DNA of 64,000 bases, taken from contig MU008208.1 of assembly GCA_010909165.1 (NCBI GenBank), positions 91,545 to 155,544 of the forward strand, written 5' to 3'. Made by a program: the position numbers and the translations under genes. This DNA is from Anthoceros angustus. Its lineage: Eukaryota; Plantae; Anthocerotophyta. The notes beneath the pieces were generated by a model. The model searched no databases. It was not told where the DNA came from and saw nothing but the letters and a program-made list of their open reading frames with translations. Positions 37,150 to 48,300 of this stretch are shown piece after piece (the first letter of the stretch is position 1; every line of letters begins with the position of its first letter).

Positions 37150-38045
37150 AAGGTGACAATCATGGACACCACTCCCGGAGATACACCTGCAGTCGAAGGT
37201 CTCTCACATCGGACACAACTCCGAGCTTGAGAAGGTGAGAGGAGGTGCAAGCATTGATACTACGCCAATCCGTACCGCTGGGGAACTGAGGTGAAGATGC
37301 AATTGCGATGGAGAAATTGTTTCTTCATCACTCTATTGAGGAGGTCGGGAATGATGGATTTGAAATATGCACGAGTGAACGAGGATGCGTACGTATGCAA
37401 GGTAATTGGGTAAAAGCATTCTAGTGACTAAGCCATTATCACGCTGCACTTTGATTGAACTATTCCCGTTGGAAGCCCTATGGAAGGCATTATCCTAGCC
37501 GGAGAACAAAAGAGGACTATGAAGTTGTACCCATTGAGGAATCATGTAAGGCCACAGAACGCATGGTCTTCACATTGTTGTGGCAACAATTGTTTGCTGA
37601 AATTGGGAAAGAAGAATATAGAGAGCGTGAGGTATCGCTTCTTGGGAATGCCTCGAGAGAACTAGTCTGAACTATATTGGGTGCAAGGGTTGCCTGAGGT
37701 TGAACAAGGAACTCCCCATCGCCGCATAATGTACTCAATTTTCTCCCCGAGATGCAAGTGAGGATGCAATGTTGTGTACGGAAGTTTTGAAAAAGTGTTC
37801 ACTGATGGCGAGAGGTATGAATATTCCGAATGGTAGAGTCTCGGGACGTTTTACACCTTGGTTATCGGAATTGAAGTTCCAAGGACGCCCAGCTGAAGAT
37901 CATGTTCTGGAATTGCTTGGATGGAAAAGTTTTTCAAATAAAATGAAACAACGAATGCCCAATGTTTCTATTTTCAACCCATGCCATTCATATACTAAAA
38001 AGAGATATGCTGTGACTACAAACGGGAGGTTTCTAAGAGTCAAGG
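37150..38045 (+). pseudogene. N-terminal half of a Sola-like/DUF7869-type transposase, divergent from ParB-MTase gene A
   Basis: HCCGNNCLLKLGKKNIESVRYRF. DHVLELLGWKSFSNKMKQRMPNVSIFNPCHSYTKK aligns with THALGVIAWMDATFLHLAERLPNVEVYNLPDTFTKH at 4200-4300 (minus strand). Confidence 0.65.
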
Positions 38046-38063
38046 CTTGACTAACGCCCTCCC

Positions 38064-38640
38064 TCATTTCTCACTTCCGTCGTGCGCTTTGCCTCTTGTG
38101 TCAATGGGGTTGTCTTGTTGTGGAGTGTCCTGAATGTCCTCAATGTTCTCATGAAGAGGATCTTCAACAGCTTGAGTATATGTAGGTTGAATGATGGAAT
38201 TAGGATCATTATTTAAGTTAGAATACAATTTCCTACTTGCTTTTGGGGTCCCCGATCGAGGGTGAGAGCCGGGCATCAAGTTGTGTGGGCGAGAGTCGCC
38301 CCGCGCGTCTATCCCGAATGCTTGGTTAAAAATACTCGTATCCGCCGGTTCATGATGGCCGTGAGGGCACGCTCCCGAGGATGTGCCGCCGTTGTGCGGA
38401 TTTGGATGGCTGATTGCTTGCTGGGTGTGTGCTCCTCGCCATGTGTGTGTAGACGCATCGCTCGGGCCCGGGCGAATGCGCTGGGCTACTGCTGAAAGTG
38501 CCCCTCCGTGCTGGAAAATGCCGCCGGCTGCCTCATCCCGAGCGCCAGCCATGGCTATTCCCCCGCCGATCCGAGGGGCTGAAGATGCTGGAGCCCGAGG
38601 CACGCCTGGGCAGGGTGTGGGAGGAGTCGAGCTCATCGTC
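38064..38640 (-). pseudogene. Possible LINE ORF1-like N-terminal fragment
   Basis: Low-complexity ORF with PTYTQAV (SYAxAV-like); truncates the transposase. No diagnostic domain seen. Confidence 0.25.
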
Positions 38641-38760
38641 CATAAAATCGCCAAAGAGGATTGATGGAGTTGCTGCTGCAGCCGAGTGAGGCGGGGCCCG
38701 GCTTTAGATGCAAAGTGTGGGCTGGTGGCACGGGCTGGGCAGGTGGCTGTGGTTGAGCCT

Positions 38761-40700
38761 TGTGGACCACTTGAACTCTCCCCTAGGTAAGGAAATGAGT
38801 TAGGTTTTGTTTTTTCGAGGCCAAGTGCGTACAAAATAAGGCGGAAGGAAGAAATGAGTCGGAGTACTCGATTTGCACTCGAGTAGGCTGAAGGACTGGA
38901 GTAAGGGAAGGACTCAAGCACACTCGGGAGGAGCTCGGTTTCAGATGTGGGATAAGTCGGACCACACTAGGGGCGAGACGGGATAATCACGCCGGAAAGT
39001 AACTTAAGTTGGAGCGTGATTTAAGCAGACGGCCACGGCCAGTCTTGAGTGGTAGAGCAGCAGCACGGCGGAACCAGGCCGCGGGGTTGCGATGGCCATT
39101 AATGGCGGTATTCACGCCCGAGTACCAGTTCGGCGTGAAGGCTAGAGTGCAGTGCAGGCGAAGTGGCGGGCGTAAGCGGGAGTAGGCCATGCATTGCCTC
39201 ACGGCGATTCTGAGGCGAAGGGACACCCTCGCTCAGCTACTCCGGCGTGTGCGACACGGAGGAGTAGACCATTTCTCTTTGTGACCTCGTGACGATTTTC
39301 CTTGATCTCGCCTTTCATACCCAGCTCTTTGGGCGCTATCTCTTGACATCGGGCCAGCACCTGCCACATGTGGCAGCTCCTGCCGATGGTTGGAGCAAAT
39401 AATCGCGAGCTGGCGAGGCGGTAGCGCCAGCTCTGTCGCCAACAAATTGCCCGCGAACAGCGAGGCAAGAAGAAGATCGCCAGCAGCGATACCTGGGACC
39501 CAAGAAGGCTGCAAGTGAGGTTCTGGGAGCCTGGCTTTGGTGGAAGTATAACATTGTCACTGGGTGAGATACCGGCGGACCAATTTGGAGAGGAGGCGAG
39601 GAGGACTTGGTGGAGAAATGGCACTGGACATGCTTCAAAGAGCCTGTTTGGACGTTGAAACAGCGTACACTTGGTTGTGGGGAATACGCCCGGAAGATCA
39701 GCCGTCGCCAACAAGGAGGTCCGCTCAAAAAGCTTGAGGAGGACCCAAAATTGGGCCAGCGGAGGTCCCGAGAAGGCTGGTTACAACCTTGGGGTGGAGG
39801 AAATTGTGGGGGTGTAGTCCCGGGCCTTTCAAGGTGAGGAAGGTAGAAGCGGCGAAGGCGTATGGCGTGCGGCCCGGGGATAGCGGTGGTGTGCCCAACG
39901 TCGGCTGATGTCCGGACTGCTTTGGATGAGCGGGCAAGAGGCGATGCTTTAAGGTCATTGTCCATTGGAACATGCTCACCAAGGTGGATCACCTTGGTGA
40001 TAATCTTTTTAGTGTTCCTCCCACGCTTCTGATGAGGCAAGCGGTAGTCAGGCGTATCATCCTCGCCGGATCGGTCAGAGGCTGTGAAGGCTTCTGTGGG
40101 CGAGCGCCTCCGTCGGCCCCTTCCTCCTCATCCATGTGTGGGGACACCTCAACCTCCTGAAGGAGAGAGAAGCGGAGGCGGGCCCTAGTGTTGGCTGGAA
40201 AGGGTTGTGCCCGAGGCGGGCGGAAGGGGCGATAAGGCGCCAGAGATGGAGGCCCGGCCTCCTAAGGCATGAGCCCAGGAGGAAGATGATTGGAAGTTCG
40301 GACCATCCATCAACGGCTGGAGCGGACGCCTCATGGCAAGGAGGTATGGGAGGATATCACGCACTCCACAATAGGCGCGACTTTGACGGCCGACGGGCTA
40401 CCAAGCGCCACAATCCGATGTCGTTGTAGTAGTAAAGAATTGATTCGCGAGAAGGTAAAAGCTCCGCTTTGCAGCGTTGGCGATCTCTGCACTTTGTGTC
40501 CGCCAACTTAACACACGCAATCGCCGCTTTTGCCTAACTACTCATAACGCTTATCAACAGCCCTGTGGCCAAACGCTTAAGGGANAGGTTTACATTGTTG
40601 TTTCGTTTAACATTTGGCTTGATTGTCCTCGGAAGATGTTATGCATCTTCCCTGTGAGTTTATCTTTCTTTCGGTTTCTCACGTCCAGTATGTTTCGATC
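38761..40700 (+). mobile_element. Retroelement-associated segment X (TGTGG terminus plus degraded ORF)
   Basis: Terminus homologous to the reverse complement of 45330-45543. The ORF shares VE(K/E)WH, ANKEVR and PRWITLVI with the ORF at 44300-44900 (minus strand). Confidence 0.5.
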
Positions 40701-41158
40701 AGGGCTTGTGTCTCTCTATGACCAGTCGGTGGCTCCAGTGAATTTGTCAATGGCACTACGCTTACAATGTGAATTTGTCAATGGCCGGAAGCGTATACAA
40801 ACGGCAAGATCGCTTTGCAATGGACCTTGTATATGAGACTACGTTGTGAATTTGGTGTAAAGCGTCTGAGGCTGATCCGCCTTGTCATACATTTTACAAC
40901 ATACAAGTGCGCTTTACAGCAGGCTGTGTTGTAAATTAGACTATGTTGTAAATTTGTGGAGGCCTATCTTGGCCTCTCTTAAACGCTTTTACAATGTCAG
41001 TGCTTGTTGCAATGGATCGTGTTGTAAATTAGATTAGGTTATGCGTATGTTGTAAAACATGAGAGAGGCCTCGATCTGGCCGTCTCAAACATTTTATAAC
41101 GTACAATTGCTTTACAGCGGACGTGTTGTAAAACACGGTCCGTTGAATGCTTGTCTTA
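40700..41158 (-). repeat. CACTA-like subterminal repeat block (inverted copy of 57055-57530)
   Basis: Many GTTGTAAA/TTTACAAC motifs in both orientations; high identity to the reverse complement of 57060-57525. Confidence 0.75.
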
Positions 41159-41699
41159 AGGAGGAGGTGGCCGTCGGAGAGAAGCCGGGAGGAGGTGACT
41201 GATCGGAGGTGTGTTTGGGTATTGTGGACTTTCGGCGGCCACCGCGCGCACAATCCGTGTCGTTGTAGGAAGGAGTCCGTTCCCAAGGAATGATAGGCTC
41301 CGTTTGCAGCGTTCGGTGATTCTTACTTCCCTTTGCGTCCGTTCGGTCTCAGCACATTCATCGATTCGCATCTAACTACTACTTAGCGTTCACCGCACAG
41401 GCCGGTGTGGCCAAGCGTTTAGGGACCCGTTCGCGTCGTATCGTTCACGTTCGTCACTGCACCTCTAGTCCGTTCTTCTCTCCACTCACTACACTTATCG
41501 GTCTTAGGAAAAGCGGGGCTACGGTCGGACCTCCTCCCATCGTTGGCCTTCCGTCCGGCTCTACATGCCCTCCGAGTCCCTCCGGCTCACACGTTCAGTC
41601 CGTTTTGGCCTGGGCGAGCACGGGTCCCCGATCACCCCTGCACACCACCACCACGTTAGGGTCCGTCACGGAACCTTGATCGGTCTCTCGGTATCGTGC

Positions 41700-44600
41700 A
41701 CCTTTCGATGACTCGGGACTCACGTTAGCAAGAAGGCGCACAAGTGCAAGCAGCGGCATCAACACCAAGAAAGATACTTTACAGCCTCGGCCCTCTTATA
41801 CTACGGAGGTCGCCTTTATTACACCCCTATTACGAGCGGTGGCGGCTCGATCGCCCTAATCGGCCGCCTACCATCCTATTCCTCCCCTCCTATCTCCTTC
41901 GTCGGCGGTGGGCCTGGGAAGGTCCGGGTTCCGCCTCGGGATTGGTGGTCCAATCTCCCGGCCTGACAGTTGCGGCGCACCCAATCGGATGATCCGCGAG
42001 GCGGGACCCCTTCCTCTTCCCGGAATCCTGTCAGGTTGGGCTACCGGCGGCGGTCTGACGACCGCCGTTACCACAACGTCGTTCCCCCCGGTTCCCCAGT
42101 GGGTCCCCGTCCGGTAGGGCCACCGACTGTCTGCTCCCCCAGCGTAAGTCGAAGGGGACTCCTCCTTACTTCCTGAGTCCGGACCTCGGGGTCCGGTCTC
42201 GACTCCGGAGTCGGAACCTCGAGTCTCCCTTTCCCCAGTCCGTCTGCTGGGTCGGTCTCATCTCGGGTTCGGACCTCAAGGTCGAACTTGAGTCCGGTCT
42301 CCACGCTCCGGACCCCTTACCTGCGGACCTCTTACTGCTAGGTCCTCATCCCTTCCCACCGACCCTTGTCTTGGGTCGGCTGGGCTTCCTCCTTCCACTC
42401 CTCCTTCAAGGCCCCCGCCTCTATCTTCCCGAGCAGGTTGCAGCGGACTTACCGTGGGATTCGTTGTATCGGCCGCGTCCTGCTCCTCTTGATGCTCCTC
42501 TCCCCCGCTCCCGTCGTCTCCAAACAGGGCCACTAGAGTCCCCGTGCTGTCCCCGTGCCCTTCATCCCCTTCTGAGCCTTCCAGGGGTCCGTCTATTTGC
42601 AGAGGGCGCTGGGAGGCTGCCAATGTCTTAAGGAGCTCAGCGTGGTAATAGGCGAAGTCTGAATCAACTTGCTGAATTGCCTCTTCCACGTGTGCCGAGA
42701 CTCCCACCCTTCGCATGGGTGTTCGGAGTCTTTGCCCGACTTGGGCCACCTCCTGCCGGGGTTTGGAGGTGGGCCATCCGAGGCTACAAGGCGGCCTCGG
42801 TTACGGTGCTCTCACTTTCTCCGGCTCGTCGTTTAGCTCCGCTAGCTTCCATAGCGCGCGCCCTTCCGCCCGGACAGCGGCTTCTGCGTCCGGTGCTCTC
42901 GCTCCTCAGTTCATTGGCGTTAACTCGCCATCTCCTCTCCAGGCGGTGAACTCTGCCCGATCGCGGCCTCGAGTCCATTTGACGTCCTCCTGTTCGCCAG
43001 CGTCGCCTCCGTCATCTGTTTGATCGCGATCCTGGCTCCTCTCGTGATCTGCGCCTGCGGTCTTCCATCTCCACGTGTTTGGTGAGGCCAGGAGATCCTC
43101 CATCTCCTTGCCGCGTGCTTCCTCCTCCTCGGCATGGTGGCCACTTTGCTGCGCCTCCTGCTCCTTCTTGAGTTAGCGGCTATCCTGCCGTCTCCCTCCA
43201 CCGGTTCCGATCCGCCGATAGTGATCCGGTCGATCTTAGCGGCCGCCTCCCTTCGCCTTCACAAAGCCCATTTGGCGCTGGTCGGTCGGGCCGCCTCCGC
43301 GAGCCACGAGCCTTCTCGCTTGCGCCGGGCCTCCTCGCCTCTGCCGCTCCCTCCGCTGCGAGGTCTTCCGCCCGTGCTTGGGCCTCACATGCACTTGTGC
43401 TCACCCGGTGAAGGAATTTAGATCTGTCGGATGGACGGACTTCCTCTCGGCCTCCTGCGTTTCCCTTCCTCGATGCGGCCGAGGCTTCCTCCTTGCCTCC
43501 TGGGCCCCTCAGCTGCTCACGGAGGAGCACCATCGCCTCGGGTGGCTTCTACCTCCACAGGTCTTCTCGGCCGTCCAGAGACCCCAAAGCATCCATGTCC
43601 ATGAGCTTGACCGTGTTTCTTCCACGGCCGCAGTGAGGCCCCCACAAAGTAGTGGGAGGCGGGCATTTCGTGATCCGCCAAGGACCTCCATACCCATGAT
43701 CGGAGTAAGTCGGGGGTTCTCGGACCTAATCGGGACCCTTAGGTCACGAGTCTTGACTCGGAGCTTCACCCTCCTTAGCCCTCTTGGCACGCGGTTCCTT
43801 ATTTGCCCTCTTACGTCACAGGGCTCGGAGGGAGGGAGTCAGGGAGCTAGCCTTTTGCCCCTTCACGGGGCAGGACCGGCTCAGTGCAGGCTGCCGGTGA
43901 CCTCCTGCTCCTTGGCGTCCCGCCTGCCCTCCTTCGCCTCTTGACTTCTTGCCACTCAGTGGGCGGGGTGAGAGCACCGTCGAGGTCTTTGCGTTGGTGG
44001 CATCTTGCGCCTCTTGGTTCCGCCGAGTCGGCGAGGCTCGGCGTTCTTCTTTGAGCTCTGGGGCCCGCCAACTCCGCTCCGTCGTTCCCTCCGCTGCGTT
44101 GGTTGCTCGGGAGGAGGCACCGGAGAAGGGGGGATTTCCTCCCATACTTCCACAGGTGGTGAGGGGTCCGTTCGAGACGTATGGAGTCAGGAATCCTCGA
44201 TCGTCCTCCTCCGGGTCCGTTTGGCCTTGTCGGCCCCCACCTCGGCGCCCTTGCACGCTCCACTTGGCGGGGCCTCCGGCGCCCCCTCGATCTCCCTCCT
44301 TGAGCTCGAAATGTCCCCATACATGAATCGGTATGGGGCCCGATGGAGGCTTCTCGCTCCTCGGCTGCGGGCCTCTGGCCAGGCGAAGATAATCCTTCCC
44401 GATCCGCCCTCTTTCCCGTAGCGCATGCGGGAATACCAACAAGTTATCACCAAGGTGATCCACCTTGGTGGCGAGTTCAATGGACAATAATCCGGGCTAC
44501 CTGACCTCGGTATCCGGCGGATCAATCAACCAGCCGTTGGTTGTCGCTGCGTTCGAGCCTCGGCGCCGCGGCCCTATCTTTCCCTTCGCCTTGAGGGGCT

Positions 44601-45543
44601 CTGGAACTACACCCCCTTCTTCCTCCTTTGGGCGGTTGTAGGCCGCCCTCGGGACCTCAGGTCCATCGCCTCGGGTCCTCCGGAGGTTCTTGGACGAACC
44701 TCCTTGTTGGCGCCAGCATCTTCGGCGAACTCCGGACGGTGTTGTCAAGCGTCGAACGACTGGAACACATCCAGGTGCCACTCCTCGACTAATTCCCCCG
44801 CTTCCTCCAGCCAGGGCCCAAAGTCCGGATAGCGCCGGGTCACAATGTTGCGCTCTACGAGGTTCCATGGCTCCCAAACCTCCGCAGGCTTTTTGGGTGC
44901 CATCGCCTTCTTCTCCCTTGTTCTTTGTGGCTGGCAGGAGTCCGCACGATCGCCCTCCTCGCGTTCGGCTCCCAACCCGGTGAGCCACGCTCGAAGATGC
45001 TTGGGCGCTCAAAGAGAGCGCCCGGAGCGGGTTGCGGGCGCAAGAGACTTGGTGTCTCGGTGCAGTGAAATGACCTCCTCTTGACGCGCCTTGGGAGTAA
45101 CGGCGGGAAGGCGCCTCTTCCAGTAGCGCAGGTGCATGGCTTACTCGACCTTCGCCTCAGCCTGCGGCCTTGGCCTTGGCGGGTCAGCGGGCGTGAATAC
45201 TGCCTCGGCCCCGCAGGCTCGGTCTGGCATGCCCGACCTCCACTCGGGGCCGTCCCGTGGGCGCCGCTCTGTCCTCCACTCAACTTCTAAGTTACCTTCC
45301 TGGCGTACTTATCTGTTTTGACCGGGGTGGGGTCGGACTTATCCGTTACGGCGTGGTCCGGTGCTCGCCATGGTGGTTCCGGGGTACGTTGCCCACTCCG
45401 GAGTCCGGAGTATACTCCGGAGTCCAGTCCGGGGTGCTATCCGCACTTATTCCTCCTTTTCCGCCTTATTTTATTTTTCAAACCTACGAAAAAAACAAAA
45501 CCCCACTTATTTCCTAACCCCCAAGGGAAGTCCGTAGCCCACA
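41700..45543 (-). mobile_element. Retroelement-associated segment Y: TGTGG terminus and long degraded ORF with coiled-coil and acidic tail
   Basis: MAPKKPAEVWEPW...EWHLDVF...PRWITLVITCW...FMYGD, then coiled-coil and acidic regions; architecture like the accessory ORFs of plant Ty3/gypsy elements. No gag/pol seen. Confidence 0.5.
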
Positions 45544-45792
45544 TGTATACCTCTTCACCCCCACTTGTTGATCATTTTGGAAAGTGATGCTCCAACAACC
45601 GGATCATCTCCAGTCCTTGTAGGATGGAGTCGGGTGAAAACTGCGATGCATTGCGTTGTTGCATTCGCTGACTCCTCGGTTCGGTATATATTGGCGTGCG
45701 AGAAACCAGTCCTCACCAGGTGCGTTATACTCCCCTTCTTCATCTTCACGCTCTGTGCAATTGGAGAAGAGGTTGTGGAGCGTAACCTGATC

Positions 45793-45962
45793 GGACTTAA
45801 TAATTAATTTAGTCCTTAGGGCTCTAGGTAGTTTTTTTTAGTAGTTATTTAATTGGTTAGTTGTTACAACCACTTATTGGTTACAACTACCTTGCCTACA
45901 TAAAGGCATGTACTTTCTATTATGCAACACATATTGCTTGAGCTTGTGTATGATTCTCATCA
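45793..45962 (+). repeat. 5'-truncated solo LTR of the copia at 48077-55145, in opposite orientation
   Basis: Reverse complement of 48077-48257; ends in ...ttctcatCA. Confidence 0.9.
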
Positions 45963-46988
45963 ATGGAGTCCGATGAGAAGGCAGCCAAGTTGGAGAAGGC
46001 TGTGGAGAAACTCCAACGTGACCTTGTGGATCAGCGGCGCGCGGAGAAGGTCTTGGAGGGAAGGTTGGCTCAAACCGAAGAGAGAGCTGTCCGGGCAACC
46101 ACCTAAAGAGACTCATGGAGGCAAAAGGAAGAGCACTTTGCCCACCTAGAGCAGGAAAGGAAGAGCAAGGCCGAGGCTCTAGGAAGAGAGAAGCAGGCGA
46201 CTCAGCAAGTGGAGGCGCAGGAGCAAGTGATGGCTACTCAAGCCATCAAAATCCGGGACATGGAAGAAGAATTGCGAAGGACCCGGTACAATTTGGAGGA
46301 GAAGCGCTCGGAGCTGGAGACACAAGACCAGCAACTGCAGGAGTTGGAGCGCGAGAAGGGTGTTTGGCAAGCGGAAAGGGAAGGGCTTGCACAACAATTG
46401 GTGGACCTGGAGCGGAGGAGGTCCCAAGAGGAGGAGCACCACAAGAAGGTGGTGCATAGGATGCTGGTGGTGAGGAAGAGGCGATTTTGGGCAGACTATG
46501 CCCTTCAGGCGAAATTAGCCAACCAGCTGAGAGAAGCAAGGGAGGAGAATGTGACCCTCCATGTGAAGGTGGGAGAATTGACCACCTCAAGGGATGCCTA
46601 CAAGGGTAGGTGTGAAGATGGAGAATGGCCCACGGAGTTGGATGATCTCCAAATGCAATATCATAGTTTGGGCGCCCATCTTCACAACAGGATATTGAAG
46701 GCCAACAACGAGGTATTGCGATTGGCCAAGAGGAGGACATTGGGTCCTCATGATGATGACCGGAAGGAGCTGCAACAGGTGCAGCCGGAGGCCTCAGATT
46801 TTGATGAGGCCACAAGTGACATGGACTCCGAAGAATCTGGGGAGTCGGAAGATGGAGGAGAGGCAGCTGCGCCAAGAGAGGGAGTGGGCGCGGAGAGTAA
46901 GGAGGGGGGACAACCCGCCCTCACAGGGGGTCACACTACCACGGTAGGTGACCACCCTACCACGGTAGTCCGCTGCACTGGTGGATAA
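45963..46988 (+). pseudogene. Coiled-coil/acidic ORF, probably the C-terminal half of a segment X/Y-type accessory ORF
   Basis: 259-aa coiled-coil ORF 46209-46988; LGAHLHNRI resembles VSAHVEEAI in segment Y. Confidence 0.4.
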
Positions 46989-48076
46989 CCACCACGCCGG
47001 TACTCCGCTACTACCGGGTAGGGTCAACGGGCGCGGAGCCTGTTGGGGAGTCGGACGGAGGCTGGTCATGGATGAAGGAGCGGGGTCCGGCAAGATACCC
47101 CGGAGGAGCAGTGAGGTGGTGGGGAAACAGCCCCACTGGGAGAGCAAGAGCGGAGTTAGATCCGAGGAAGGGGAGGGTAAGGAGTTCCTCACCCCACGAG
47201 TAAGGGAAGAGCCCGCCAGAGAGGAGACCAACGCAAAGAAGGCCGAGGCATTAGCGGTGACAACATCGCACCCATGGGGAGGAACCTTGAAGACATGCTC
47301 CAAGATAGGTATGGACAAACCAAACAAGGGGAAAGGAGCCAAGAAGATCTCAACCCCAGAAGCCATCACCGATGAAGAAGAAGAAGGAGATAGGGACCAG
47401 ACTACCATGGTAGTCGACTACCCCGTAGTCTCATGACTACTGTAGGGTGATATGGATGAGCGCAACCAAAGCGGTGAGGTCAAGAGCGAGACACCTGAGT
47501 GCGTGGAGGGGGGCGCGATTGCTGGAGGATGAACGGAACCAAGGCGCCACCCCGCAGGGCAGGAGGAAGGGGCAACATGGTACTTGCCTCACAAGCTAGG
47601 AAGAAGACAGAATTTGGGGAGGGGACAGGAGCAAAAAGAGGGCGAGAGAGCCAATCCACAGGAGACGCGTCACCACTCCAGCAGGTTGAGGACTAGGTAT
47701 GGTCAAAGGCCATAAATGAACTTGGAGAGAATAGGAACTGCAGGTCACCTTTTCCAATATTCTATTATTTCCTACACTTGACATTTGTAGGAGACCTCAC
47801 ATAAGAGGAGGATTTCACAAAGTAAGTATCATGTCTTGCGCCCATACTCCGAGTCCTTTGCTCTTAAAGGAATGCAGTTGGTCATGAGCCAACGCGTCTG
47901 CAGAGGAAGTCGCGGTGGCTCTGAGTGGAGGGCTTGCTTCTGCAAGCATTATGAGTTGCTCCCTTGTGAATGGTTGCTGAAATTGCTTTTTGCTTTGGGT
48001 GTGTGGCAATGCCCTGTGAACTCGGCTAGAGGTTGATCCACGGAAGACTCTGGAGGTACCGCGTCGGTGTCAAACT

Positions 48077-48300
48077 TGATGAGAATCATACACAAGCTCT
48101 AGCAATATGTGTTGCATTACATTCATAATAGAAAGTACATGCCTTTATGTAGGCAAGGTAGTTGTAACCAATAAGTGGTTGTAACAACTAACCAATTAAA
48201 TAACTACTAAAAGAAACTACCTAGAGCCCTAAGGACTAAATTAATTATTAAGTCCTAGGTGCCCTAGTGAAGAGTGCCCTAATAGTAAGCTATTTTATCA
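48077..48300 (-). repeat. 3' LTR of copia 1 (PPT gtgagtgggag adjacent at 48301-48311)
   Basis: Matches 54923-55145 apart from a 1-bp indel. Confidence 0.95.

Noticed and set aside
38761-45543. Single TIR element bounded by the two TGTGG termini
   Set aside because: The termini are diverged, there is no TSD (agcct versus tgtat), and each has its own ORF copy.
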